Notes under the pieces: generated by a model
What the model saw: only the letters and a program-made list of their open reading frames with translations
What the model was told of the DNA's origin: nothing
Databases searched by the model: none
Assembly: GCA_030704615.1 (NCBI GenBank)
Contig: CM060733.1
Coordinates: forward strand, 51,832,001-51,896,000
Origin: Takakia lepidozioides
Lineage: Eukaryota > Plantae > Bryophyta
Direction of reading: 5' to 3'
DNA: 64,000 nt
In this document: positions 13,401 through 26,300 of the stretch, piece after piece
Numbering within the stretch: position 1 is the first letter of the stretch
Layout: each line of letters starts with the position of its first letter
Made by a program: the position numbers and the translations under genes

Positions 13401-14788
13401 TGGTTCTGATTCAGCAGGGGCCACCCGATCTGTAAGTAACTAACCCACCTGCATTTGTTGCAATGATGTGCTTGTCAATTATTTATGGTTTTGCCTTCCT
13501 GTGTTGTTGTCCAATAAATTACCTCGCATGGCTAGTGCGATAGATGTATTGAATCGTATTTGCACTCTTTTTGTGGCAGGGCCTTGGAGCATTGGCTTCT
13601 CGGCTTGATGGCTTGGAAGGATGGAAACATACAATGGAGGCCAGCTCAATGGAGCACAAATTGGAATTGCAGGTAGTGAAATCCATGTTTGCCGCTGCAG
13701 TATCTAAGACAGACAAGTTCAACATGGCATTGGCAGCGAAGCTCGGTTTGGACCTGCCGAGGGATGAATCTCCATCAACATCAAACATTGTGTGTGAGTT
13801 GTCGCCCCCTGTTCATGGTGTTGTCCCACCTGCGACTACTGTGGAAATGACAAGTACAGGTGAGCAGCCTCCTAGCAGTGGAGGCAGTGGACAAAGGAAA
13901 GGGGGCAGTATTGTGGAAGAAGATGCCACAGGTGAGGACAAAGTTCAGAACATGGCATGTGACGATCCTTGCCTTAATTATGGTGCCAATGATGACCTAT
14001 CCCCCCTTATTGAGAAGGGAGTGCCTGTAGTGGAGGATCACACCGGCAGTGAACTTAGACAGAGTGCCCAAGACATAGGGGCAGGGGCTAAGGGCACATG
14101 AGTGGTTATTGTTGGGGCAGGGAAGAACATTGATTCAACAACAAAATTGGCCGTTGTACGGAAGGTAAGTACTCGTGTTCCTATATTCTTGTGCTGTTCC
14201 AAGTCGATTATGCAATACCTGCAGGCCGTTCATGACTTCTGTGTACATGTGTGGGTTTCTATTGATTCAGAAGCCACCAAAGGAAATTGTTGCGGTGAAA
14301 ATGAGGAAGAAGTCCGCAAGACTTGCTGCCAGCAACGTTGATGGGAGCCGTATGGGAAGCTTCAAAGCGCCGGCACCTGTTGTAAGTTTTCCTTCGTGGA
14401 AGTACATCCGTATTTTGTTTGTAGGGCTATATGATGGCATCTCGCGTTTTCCCTGTCCATAACTGTTGCATGTGCATAACAAATGACAAGGGCACATTGG
14501 TGGTGTTGGCTGTCCCAGTTTCAGGTTGGTGACAAGGTCACAATGTTTGACCCCAATGCACCCAAACGGAAGGCAGGCGTGGGCCATATATTGGGCATGT
14601 CGACTGACTGGCTGGCTTATGTCGTTCATGCCGATTATCATGTTGTCTCGGTTGAATCAGTACATGGGGCAGATGTTGCTCTACCATACCCCAACAATGA
14701 TGTTAGGCCTCCCATTGTGATGCTCAGTGACACTGTAGGCAGCACGGCCCTGTGGTCTGCCAAGTTCCTCAAACTGACCCGAACATGA
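10478..14788 (+). CDS. CACTA second gene (TnpA/Ptta-like, multi-exon); exon boundaries approximate
   Basis: Exons ~10478-10665 (AYEEERERRIAANKETL), ~10802-11217 (acidic), ~12041-13217 (PHYVADKTWAELVRHW..NGKHARGHV..SGRSG, Transposase_24-like), ~13581-14163 and ~14519-14788 (VSVESV..ALPYPN..LSDTVGSTALW, Tnp1/En-Spm C-terminal-like). GT/AG sites flank the exons. Confidence 0.7.
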
Positions 14789-15392
14789 GGTTGTGGGGGA
14801 TCCTCAATTTGAAGGCAATTTTGACTGAACGCCACTTCATATCGATTTCACCTTTTTTTCGTTATTGTGCGCATCAATGTAGGATTTGGGTACATTGTGG
14901 GGTTGTGATCAGCAGTGCAGACTCTGCAATACTTGCATGTTCAGACTAAACTTTATTTGGGCAATGAAGGGCGTACCCAACTTTGAAGCACCCTTGCATC
15001 TGGTCATTCTTTCTGTTGTTCTGGCCATGCTTAGTCAATTGTACATGTCATGAGCAGGTTGTTGCCGCAGTGCTTTGGAATTGTGTTTATGTATATGAGT
15101 CATATTTCACATGGACTGTGAAACTGACAGTGTGGACAGTATCACGATTTGTGATATGATCATGATGCCTATGGAATAATTGTGCACACCATGACGTCAC
15201 AAATATGTGAAATCAACCGTAGCTTGCCTGTGGCATCTTCCACATTTTTGTGGAATGACCTACAACATCAGCAGTAGAATATTTCAGACCCACTATGGTA
15301 TGCTCATGTGGCTATGTGGAATGACCTACAGTATAGGCAGTAAAATACTACACACCCACTCCATGCAGATTACGCCACGTGCCGTCCTCTCC

Positions 15393-15815
15393 AAAATACA
15401 CGCGTTGCCCATACCGTTGCCCACACGTCGTCAAGCCCAGGTAACAGGGTGTCGCATCATTTTCCCGTAGGTGTGGACAAGTCCACACCCTTTGTACGTT
15501 TAGGATCCACGTGGCGGTGTTTGCCACGGAACACGTGGCCCCCAAATTTGCTGAAGCTGTGAAAACAGCCAGTGGATGGTCTCACACCGAATGGCTTTTT
15601 TCACACCCACATGCCACGCCAGATGTCCGCTCCACATAAGTGCACATCGCCTCTTTGTCTCTATACACGTGTCATCCCTTCAAAAATACACGTGTTGCAC
15701 ACACCGTTGCCCAGATGTCGTGAAACCCTGGTGACAGGCAGTCGCGTGGTTTTCCCGTAGGTGTGGACAAGTCCACACCTTTGTACATCTACGATCCACG
15801 TGGCGGTGTTCGCCA
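15393..15815. repeat. CACTA subterminal direct repeat (~135 bp x2, 290 bp apart) containing the inverted motif GGTGTGGAC-AA-GTCCACACC
   Basis: 15393-15526 matches 15683-15815; GTGTGG/CCACAC motifs also occur near the left TIR (4000-4110). Confidence 0.8.
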
Positions 15816-16152
15816 AAGCACACGTCGCTCGTGGAAAAAGCCATGAACCCCGTGAAAAAGGCCACCCGTGGATTCAGCCACCGTGGACTTTTCCACAGGG
15901 CCACCCGAGAGCCAGGCCGTCCATGGGGTGTCCGAAAGCACTCGTCGTTTCTTACACCCACGGCAGGTGTGGACTGGGGCGGATTCCACGGAAAAAAGTG
16001 TGAAAAAAGCCGTGGAAAAAGCCGTTTTTTCTTCTAGTGTAAGAGCCGTTTCTATTTTATGGGAAAATCCCAAATGGATGATTTCGGAGATGAAACCCCA
16101 ACCGTCGTCCATTCATCCGTTTCCTGGACCCTAATGGAGTGTTGGAAGATGA

Positions 16153-16680
16153 GTGTCCCGTAAGTGTCATTTCAAACTATTCACACTGGAGCCTCCCAAG
16201 AACGTCATTGTTTCTGCAAAGAAGAGGTCGCGTAGGAAGTCTCTTTACTACACGTCGGCGAGGCAGAGGTTGAAAGCGAGAGAGAGGATGAGGAAGACTC
16301 GGAGGGCGCTTGATCTTACCGAGGGGGAGAGCGAGCGTGAAGGGGAGGGATCTGCTGGCGAAGGGTCACAGAATAGGGGAGTCGCGGAGCCGTCTGTGGA
16401 CAAGCAGCTGGAGGAGCTTTTGGAACTTCCCCTTTTGCGTGAGGCTGGGATGGAAAGAATGCCACCTATAAGAGAGGAGGAAGGCATGCCCTGCAGTGAT
16501 GTTACTCCTGTTCAGGAGGTCGTTACGAAGCAGGTGGCCGTGCATACCCGGGAGCACCCATCCAACACCGCGCTGTCTTTGCGGGCGTTGAAGGACAAGG
16601 TACAAGTGGGAGGCAGCATACGAGCAGTGGATTTGGAGACGGACAACGCTGAACAGAGTCTCATTCAGGTAGCATGCTAG
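16153..16680 (+). CDS. Hypothetical basic/acidic ORF or exon, possibly an accessory gene of the interrupted MULE
   Basis: 175-aa ORF with an NLS-like KKRSRRK stretch and a possible CAG|GT donor near its end; no recognisable domain. Confidence 0.3.
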   Translation: MSRKCHFKLFTLEPPKNVIVSAKKRSRRKSLYYTSARQRLKARERMRKTRRALDLTEGESEREGEGSAGEGSQNRGVAEPSVDKQLEELLELPLLREAGMERMPPIREEEGMPCSDVTPVQEVVTKQVAVHTREHPSNTALSLRALKDKVQVGGSIRAVDLETDNAEQSLIQVAC

Positions 16681-18096
16681 AAGCATTCGTGTCATTTACC
16701 ACTGGGGTAACGACTCATTTTGAGTCGTAAAAGTCAAAAAACCGGGATCGACTGGAAGTTACAAACGACTAGTTACAACAGTTGTGGAAGTTGGGTCGGA
16801 CATCCAATGATTGGAGTGGTAAAGGGGGGTTGCTATTCCATGAGCTCATGAGCGGGCATGCATGAGCCATGAGCCGCCAAGTAACACACTCCGAATAACG
16901 GCAAGTTTTTTTCATGAAAAAAACCATAAAATAATCGAAAGCGGTATTTTTTTAATACTTTGTGAAGATCAAAATTTTCTTTTCAAAGATTTCCGCGCTC
17001 ATGCTCGAAACACTCCGCTCATGAATAACAGTATCCGCTCATGACCGAGAGCCCAAGCTCATGTACCGCCAGCCCAGATCATGGAAAAACTGCATACTGG
17101 CCAATAATGGCGCCGCAATTACCCCACAGGAAGGGGCGCCCGCGGAATTACAATCGAGTTTTCCAGACTCCCAACACGCAATGTGGGCCTGTAACCGTGG
17201 ATTGTACTTTTCCAGAACTGTAGGCTGGCTGGGGATAATGGTGCTGAAATTGGGCACCGGAAAACCAATAGGCGGCTGAAGGCTCCGGAGTGAAGGCAAT
17301 AACGGCGCCGAAATAGAGGATCCGGGGTCCTGCCAGACGCGCAATGTGGACCTGTTATCGTGGATAGTACTTTTCTAGGATTTCACGATTCTCCAGGACT
17401 TCGAAATGGGTGATGTTCCCTGATAACGGCACGGAAATTGGGCACCCATGTCCAGAAGGTGTCGGTTGATTTGGCCGCAGTGAAGCATCAAAGGCGCCAA
17501 AATGTAGGACGGTTGACCCCAAAATGGGGCCTAAGACTGGCAATTGCAAACTATGCTGAATTTTGTGGTGTATGTGTGCAATAAATGTACCGACATGTGG
17601 GAGTAAATTTTGAGTTTTTCCCCATACCACATTGGTGGTGGAGCAATGATATCCAATTCCGCCAGCCTCAGTCTCATTCCGATTTGCTCGTTGCTCCATT
17701 GCACATCTCATCTCTCCTCTCTACGGAATTTGCGATTGTGAACAGACACAAAAGCGGACAAGAAAAGGACGTCACACCCCTATTACGGCGCCGTAATAGG
17801 GATGAACGGGATGGCAATCAAATGAGAATGGCATGATATGGAGGAATTTAAGGCGTCGTAATAGGGATGAACAGTCCTAATATGACAGTTCGAAACCCTC
17901 GGGATGGATGAATTACGACGCTGCAATAGGGATGAACATGCACGAAATCGGACGAGAAAGGGATATCACACTGCTATGACGGCGCCGTAACAGGGGTGAA
18001 CGAGATAACAATCAATTGAGAATGACATCATCTAGATGAATTCCTTGATTAACACACTTTGAACGTAGCTAATTTCGAACACCCTATCCCGGCGAC

Positions 18097-19255
18097 GGAT
18101 GAATTTCGGCGCCGAAATAGGGATGAACATACCTGTGAGCAAAAAGAAATTTCAGCCCACGAATAAATTTCGGCGCCGAAATAAGGATGAACATACGCGT
18201 GAGCAAAAAAGAATTTCAGCCCACGGATGAATTACGGCGCCGAAATAGGGATGAACTTACCCGTGAGCAAAAAAGAATTTCCACCCATAAATGAATTTCG
18301 GCGCCGAAATAGGGATGAACGAACCCGTGAACAAAAATGAATTTAAACCCATGGATGAATTTTGACGCCGAAATAGGGATGAAGATACGCGTGAGTAAAA
18401 GGTTATTTCGACCCACGGATGATTTTTGGCGCCGAAATATGGATAAACATAACTGTGAGCAAAAAGTTATTTTGACCTACGGATGAATTTCGGCGCCGAA
18501 ATAGGGATGAACATACCCTATATCAAGAAGGAATTTAAACCCACGGATGAATTACGGCGCCGAAATAGGGATGAACGTACCCGTGAGCCGATGTCGCAAA
18601 AGGGTTGAACAGACAAGAATGCGGACGACAAGGGGACAAAACCATTGGATTGCGGCGCCGTAATAGGGACGATCGGGCCCATTACGTCGAAAAAAAACCC
18701 ATACACACACACAAAACCTCCTTCATGGATGAATTTCGGCGCCGAAATAGGCCAATCCTGAGGAACCGCCGCCGGGAGAAAAAAACAAAACAAAACAAAA
18801 AACAAAAAAAAAAAAACGGTCATGGATGAATTTCGGTGCCGAAATAGTGATGAACATACCCGTGAGCAAAAAATTATTTCGGACCACGAATGAATTTCGG
18901 CGCCGAAATAGGGATGAACGTACCTGGGAGCAAAAAGTTATTTCGACCCACGGATGAATTTTGGCGCCGAAATAGGGATGAACATACCCGCGAGCAAAAC
19001 GTTATCTCGACCCACGGATGAATTTCGGCGCCGAAATAGGGAAGAACGTACCCGTGAGCAAAAAGTTATTTCGACCTACGGATGAATTTCGGCGCCATAA
19101 TAGGGATGAACGTACCCGTAATCAAAATGAATTTAAACCCATGGATGAATTTTGGCGCCGAAATAGGGATGAACATACCCGTGAGTAAAAAGATATTTTG
19201 ACCCACGGATAATTTTCAACGCCGAAATTCGGATGAACATACCCGTGAGCAAAAG
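18097..19255 (+). repeat. 64-bp tandem array (8 + 7 regular units around an irregular core) with the 16-bp palindrome ATTTCGGCGCCGAAAT
   Basis: Unit starts at 18097, 18161, 18225 ... 18545, then 18824, 18888 ... 19207; consensus GGATGAATTTCGGCGCCGAAATAGGGATGAACATACCCGTGAGCAAAAAGTTATTTCGACCCAC. Confidence 0.95.
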
Positions 19256-22045
19256 TTAAGGCTGAATCTTACCAAATAGATGTATTCGACCATGGTGTCC
19301 AAGATAAGCCGGCGGACTAGGTGCGGCCTGCTTTCACCTCTGACTTCCTTAACAACTCCAGATTGATGGTTGTTTTAAAGTCCTTCAGAGGTGCAAGTCC
19401 CACTTCTTGCACTCTATACAACACAACATATGTGTCATGTACGTTTTTACGCTTCTCTGTCACCCTGTCACAAAACACACACATTCCTGACAACGCAATC
19501 GGCCCGTATGCAGAAGAAATGATGACATTGAATCCAATTGGATGGGTATGATATAGTGGCTGCTACGCAGACAGAAGGTCTATCATGAACAAGTCATAAT
19601 AAGGGCGACGTTAATCCTCCGTCTGAGGATTTGTTGGAAAATTTTCGGATGACAATCTCATCGGCCAATTCTCGTACCTATATTTCATTATGAGGACCTT
19701 CGAGGACTCTGGGCCAGGTCTATAAGTCATCCAATTCCAAATGAAACCAGGATATATTACAATTACGGCACCATTATATGCTACCGAACTTAGATTTCTT
19801 AGCCTAAATCTTCAAGTACAAAGGCACGAACACCTCGACATGAAACCCAACGGTCAATATTCACTGACTGCCGTACGCAATTTTGGCGCCGCAATAGCGA
19901 CTGCAGCGGCACATAAATGAGTACTTCATGTCTTTACAACCAAGTATGCATTTTACAAAAATGCAAATTCGTAGAAAAAACGTCATTTCCATGTATAAAA
20001 CTTGTCATCAAATAGCAATGTCACTTATCATCCCTATAACAGTGTCATTGTTCATCCATCATCTGGGTCAGTTCATTCATATTGCAGTGTCGTAATTCAT
20101 CAGTGGAGGGCCCGACCGGTGTCAGGCCGGGACCGTTTATTCCTATTGCGGCACCGCAATTCATCCAAAAAGACACCGCATATCATCCAAAGCGCTCTTT
20201 ATCGTCTTCAAGATAGACTCGTTCATCTAAATTAGGATGAACATACCCGTAATAAAAATGAGTCGGCCCATCCGCATAACGTGATAACCCGACACTGTTG
20301 AAATACGACGTCGTAATATAGTTGAATGGGCCCATCTGTAGAACGGAATAGCCCGGCACAGATGAATTAATACGCCATATTATGGATGAACATGCCAATC
20401 CCCATAGCGGGATAACCCGACACTGATGAGTTGCGGCGCTGTAATAGGGATAAACGGGCCTATCCCGAGGAACGGAAAGCATTCCTGGCCTGGATGAGTT
20501 CCACTGTTGGATGTGAGATCCCCAATAAGACCCAGGCCCTCGTCCGGGATGTCATCGTCCTTGCAGGCAACGGTCGCGGACCAAGTACAGATCCAAAGTT
20601 GTCAGGTCTATAGCGATCCCTGACCCAAGCCTTTAAGAGACAATATTGTCAGAGATAGCAAAGCACTACTCAAAAACCATCAAACCAGAGATGTGGAAAA
20701 ACTACATTATATCACCACCGCCTGTGTGGACCCGGCCGAGAAGGTATGCAAATGTCTGCTACTATTTTACTGTCTCATTAAAATCCTCTGTCACCTATCA
20801 AAATTGCTCTCTAACATATGTTACAAGATGAGTGCGGAAGCCTTGAAAGTGTGGACGGAAAAAAGTGTCGCACCCACCTTGAAGAAGAGATGACTTGCAT
20901 CAACAGCATGGACCATCTAACTTGCGATGGCCAGAAGGTAAGCTCTAGAGTTGTCTAGTGTAAATTGCGGCGCCCTTATTCTAATTGTGGGGAATCTTAT
21001 GTCAAAATAACGACCTTGTTTTTGTGCAGCCTCTTCTATTTGACACATTCACCAAGAAGAATTCAATTTTGAATTCTGGGGAGACGGTTGTATGGTTGAC
21101 TCCATAGTGGACCCTATAGAGTATGACATTCTCTTCAACCATGTCTCACCACGCAATATTCCATGGGACATGAGGGGGAGGGCTTGGAGGCATGGGAGGA
21201 CAAGAAGTCCCACTTTCATTCAAATGCTGATGGAAACATGTTCAAGCATAGAAGGCAGGGTGTTGGACATTGCAGCCAACACAAGTAGGAGAATCTTGTA
21301 GTTGCGGTGTCGTTATTAGAGTCCATTGTCCTCTATAGATATTCATGGATTTACTATGGCTACTCACGATTGCTATTGACATATTTGTTCTTGATCACTA
21401 GACTCATGGATAGGTGCTTCAATGTACTGGGCCGGGCGCGAGTCTAGTCGGCATGTCTTCGCATTTGAAGGAAAAACTGCCTTCTACGACTCCCATGTAG
21501 CGGGCCTGCAACAGTTGCCAGCAGAGGAGGAGCATGAGGACGATGAGGACTGCAAGAAAGGACCTTCTGGCAAAGAACGACATTTGTATTTCAGTCTTTG
21601 TTTCATCAACCATCTCCTTATTGGACGAGTCTGCAAGGCTGTAACATGGCAGTATGTAAATATTGCCATATGTCAACAAACGTTTAGGGTTTATAATGGT
21701 CAAACATGGATGTCGCTATAATTGAACCCAACACACTTACAATGGTGCAACTCACTCAAATACATGCATTGGGGGAAGCGGCTTCTCCCGTACTTGAGCC
21801 TCCTCAACTTCGGTCTCCTCCTCCCCTTCTTATTTCTTCTCCCATTGTATGCAAACACGGCTGCTAGAGATCCATTAGGAGGGCGGAGAGGCCTAATCGG
21901 GTAGAGCAATTACTGGCTGCAAGAAATGAGAGAATACAATTGAGGGAGGCCCAATACAAGAATTGTCAAGGCCAAAGTACTCAAGTTTATCGCTATGTCC
22001 ACGTCTGAAAGTGACGGCGATGAGGAGGACACTTTGCAAGCTTAG
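19255..22045 (+). pseudogene. Decayed spliced gene with a C-terminal N6/N4 (amino) DNA methyltransferase-like SAM-binding region
   Basis: Splicing exon 21030-21284 to the exon starting at 21414 gives AWRHGRTRSPTFIQMLMETCSSIEGRVLDIAANTSASMYWAGRESSRHVFAFEG, which follows the beta-class pattern K-P..LI...S..GD.VLD....G.T..A....R...G.E. Upstream exons are fragmentary and no DPPY/SPPY motif is visible. Only 21030-21510 is well supported. Confidence 0.6.
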
Positions 22046-23339
22046 GTGGAGAGTGAATGGCAATTTCGTAACCTCCCTTCAGTCAGTGTGGGATTTATTT
22101 AGTCTTAAGAAAAGCCAATTCAACTATATTATGTGATGGGACCTCTTATCTTTGACAGAAAAATGACACAACAACAGGCTAGTATAAGGTGTTGGGAACA
22201 ACAAGACCTTTACAAATGATATAATAGTGTTGCAATAAGCCAATGTCAGACTTTACTTTATAATTTTGGGTGACCACAAACAAAAAAACGTCACAGCAAT
22301 AGGCCGGTCTCAAGTCATCACTACCAAGAAATTTTTCGAGAAGCACGAAGCTGGTATTACGGCACCGTGATTAACCCATCTCCTGCCATTTTTAATTCTT
22401 TTTCCAAACCCTAAATGTGAATAACGGCGCCGCAATAGGCCTAGCCGCGTCCCTGGAGTTCAGAAACAGTGCCTATTACCGTGGATATATGCCCTATTAC
22501 CGTCACTAACGGCAGATTATTTCTAATTCCGTGGATGCACGCTCATGGGCTCATGAGCTCATAGGCTTATGAGCTCATGGGCTCATGAAATAGTAAACCT
22601 CAGTGGTAAAGGACACAGACGCGCGAACAACTGCTCAGCAATTATTGCGATTAATGCTGAAGAACCACGTGGCGTAACCAGGCGGGCCGCCCGTGCGTCT
22701 GACCTTTTGGGCTGACTTTGACTTTTCCCTCCGGATGAGTGGACTGACTCGCCGGAGCATGGTGACACATGGACGCAGACGTGGACGACGATGTGGACGC
22801 CGACGTGGCGGCGCCACGGCGAGCAGCACTGCTGCCACGTGGCCACGGGCCCGGGGCGCCACGTGGTAGTTGACCACATAACTTGCAGTGCTACATGCCC
22901 AGTGGCAATTGCGACTGTGGAAGTCAGTGCAACCACTGCTTTATTACTTTAAATGAAGTGCTCGAAATTACTTGAACAATCACTCATAGTGGTTCATGCT
23001 TTGAAGTTTTGGTGTTTGTAATGAGCCGACTAGTACATACGCATGTAATGCCATACAAGAGAACTAATCATGTCATTAAAAATGCGAAAACAATGAAAGA
23101 CATGCCATGAAACAAAACAAAATGAAAATGAAATGAAATGAAACAAATGGTAATTCATTACATCTGCAGAAAGCTCAAAGAGCTTATGATACAAAATGAA
23201 AAAACCAAAGTAAAAAAGCAGCCCAAAGCTACTACTGCTCTGGGGATTGCCTAAGGATCAAGGCCTCATGCAAGTTAGCTGCCAAGCAATTGTGATCCTC
23301 ATAATGCAAGGCTCAGTGACAGATTGAGTCCCACGGAAT

Positions 23340-26300
23340 AGATCAATTACCTATGCAGGTTTCTTGTAGCTATTGATCCACAGGGAATCATAGGTAATCT
23401 TGTGCTTGAAATCTGGACCCACACTCTCTTTGCTCCTTCAGCTACACATGCCTCTGCACAAATCATGCATTCATCCTTGCCTCGCTGCTAGTAGCTGACA
23501 ATGACAGCCTAGATTTATTCTAGGAAACATCCAACTCAGCTTCTCACACTAGTTCCTATGCTGAATGCGTCTACTAGTCTATGAAATGTAACAGGCATTC
23601 ACATTTTTGCCTTGGTTTGTCCCATCATTGACTGGGGCAGAATAGTATTCATTCCATAACTTCTCCTCATCTCTGTTACTTGTTTTTTGATATTTTCCTG
23701 TTGTCACATTGGCAGTATCATGTCAAAGTCACTCCAAACTAGATTCATTCAACCAGCTAACTTGCAGAATTCAACATGGCAATTTAGGGCCGATTCTGAT
23801 TAGAGGGAAAAACAAGGTGAAATGTGTTGAATAAGATGCCTGCCCTCTTGGGTGAATCTGCACCCACACTCTATCCCTGCTCCTTCAACTATCTTTGCCT
23901 CTGCACAAATCATGCATATATCATTGTCTTGCTGCTAGCAGTTGATGATGACAGCCTAGATTTGTTCTTACACCCCAACCCTATTTGGAAAAACAGGCTG
24001 AAATGTGTTGAGGAAGGTGCCTTCATTAGCAGCACCTCATTCTATCAATTGTGCTGCCGCTACTGTTTCCACTTACAACAATTGACCATCTACTCCAGCT
24101 GATTTCTTTTAGCTATTGATCCCTCAGCCTGAACCTGAACATGAATCTGGACCTCTATCCCTGGTCCCTCAGCTATCCCTGCCCGTGTACAAATCATGAA
24201 TACATCCCTCAGCCTTGCTGCTAGCAGCTGACAGAGACGGCATGAAGTTCTTCCAGAAAACACCCCAACCTAGGACTTAACAGTAGTTCCAATTCTGAAT
24301 TGCAACTGATTCTCTCTGTAGTCGAACAAGCACTCACCTTTTTGTCTCCATTGTCCCCCCACTGATTGGGATCGGAAAGTGTTCATCCCAAAGCTTCTCT
24401 TCATCTTGTTATCTATTTTTAGGTACTTTCCTGCTGCCACATCAGCAGTAACTCCATTGTCAAAGTCACTCCAAACCACCCTACATCCACCCAACGAGCT
24501 AACTTACAGCATTCAATATGTAAATTCAGGGCTGGGTCTGATGAGAGGGAAAAATAGGCTGAAATAGGTCGAAGAAGAAGGTGCCCTCACCACATTGTCC
24601 TCGACCTTGTGTCATGACCCATGGAGGATTTCACTGACCATGCACCCAAGAGGACCTCTTGTGTGTGCGAGGTGTGTGCTGCTTCCACAGGGAATTGTAG
24701 GCAATCTGGAGCTTGAAATCCGGCCCTCTTGGATGAATCTGGACCCACACTGCTCCCTGCTCCTTCAGCTACCCATGCCTCTGCACAAATCATGCATACA
24801 TCCTTGCCTTGATGCTAGCAGCTGACAATAACACTCTAGAATTGTTCCAGCACACACCCCAACCCTACTTATCACACTAGTTCCTATGCTGACTTGCGTC
24901 TGCTTCCAACAGGCATTCACCTTTTTGCCTGGATTGTTCCACCATTGGCTGGGGTCGGAACCGTATTCATTCCAGAGCTTCTCCACATCTCTATTATCTG
25001 TTTTTTGATATTTTCCTGTCGACCACATTGACAGTAACATGTCAAAATCACTCCAACACCACCATAGATCCACCAACGAGCTAACTTGTAGAATTCAACA
25101 TGAAAATTTAGGGACGACTCTGATAGCAGGGGAAAACAGGGTGAAATATGTTGAAGAAGGTACCTTCATTAGAACTGGCCTTGTTCTATCAATTGTGCTG
25201 CTGCCATTGCTGTTTCCAGTTGACCATCTACCCACTTGTAGCCGTTGTGCTATTGAAGAAGGTGCCCCCCCCTTCCCCCATCATTTGATCATAGGTCTCC
25301 AAAGCCTCCATACCATGTCCCTGCTGTGCATACCCTGCAAGCATCGCGTTCCATGACACCACATTTGGTTCAGCCATAGTGTTGAAAACTCTCTTCGCAT
25401 CCTTAATGCACCCACATTTGGCATAGACGTCCACCAGGGGAGTATTCAGGATGACATCTGGTACAATTCCAGCTTTGACGATGTCACCATGGACCTCTTT
25501 CCCCTTTTCCAGAGGTCCTAGGCTTGCACACGCATTGCAAACATGCGGAAACGTGATGTGGTTGGGCTTCACCCCTTTGCGCAACATTTGCTCATAGGTC
25601 GCCAAAGCATTCCTACCACACCCATGTTTGGTAAATCCTGCCAACATTATATTCCACATGATCAAAGATCGCTGAGGCATTCTGTAGAAATCTTGGTGAG
25701 CATCCATGATGCTCCCGCAATTAACATACAAGTTGACAAGGGTGTTGAGTAGAAAAAACATTTGGCATGAATCCACTTTGGATAATGTGAGTGTGCACTT
25801 GATTCCAGCTTCCAGACCTAGAGCCTTTGTCAGTCTGCCTGCCTCACAAAGCATCTTCACATGCCCCGCGGAAAAGGCATTGTTCCCTCTCTTGATCCTC
25901 TTTCAGAAGCTGCGGTCATGGTTGAGGACGTGCTTGATTTTATCAACTGTGCCGCTGCAGCTATTGCCTTTAGTTGACCATCTACCCATTTAGGTTTCTT
26001 GTAGCTATTGATCCACATGGAATCACAGGTAATCTGGAGCTTGAAGTCCGGCCCTCTTGGATGAATCTGGACCCACACTCTATCCCTTCTCCTTCAGCTA
26101 TCCATGCCTCTGCACAAATCATGCATTCATCTTTGCCCTTGCTGCTAGCAGCTGACAATGACAACCTAGGAAACACCCAATCGCACTAGTTCCTATGCTG
26201 AATTGCGTCTGCTACTCTCTGTCATCTAATAGGCATTCAATTTTTTGCCTGGGTTGTTCCACCATTCACTGGGGTCAACAAAGTATTCATTCCTTTACCT

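Larger units (their letters stand above)
3961..16039. mobile_element. CACTA (En/Spm) DNA transposon, full length
   Basis: Perfect 32-bp TIRs CACTAGAAGAAAAAACGGCTTTTTCCACGGCT (3961-3992 and 16008-16039); 3-bp TSD TAA (3958-3960 and 16040-16042); internal TnpD- and TnpA-like genes. Confidence 0.97.
16825..22601. mobile_element. Non-autonomous TIR element (Mutator-like by TSD length) with a palindromic array and methyltransferase-like cargo
   Basis: 10-bp direct repeat AGTGGTAAAG at 16815-16824 and 22602-22611; imperfect ~29-bp TIRs GGGGGTTGCTATTCCATGAGCTCATGAGC vs reverse complement GAGGTTTACTATTTCATGAGCCCATGAGC; CATGAG/CTCATG subterminal motifs at both ends. Confidence 0.8.

Noticed and set aside
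18417-19165. E2F binding-site array
   Set aside because: Only the minority TTTTGGCGCC variants fit TTTSSCGSS; the consensus TTTCGGCGCC does not.
18097-19255. CRISPR array
   Set aside because: The intervening segments in the regular array are homologous to each other rather than unique, there are no cas genes, and the context is a eukaryotic TE.
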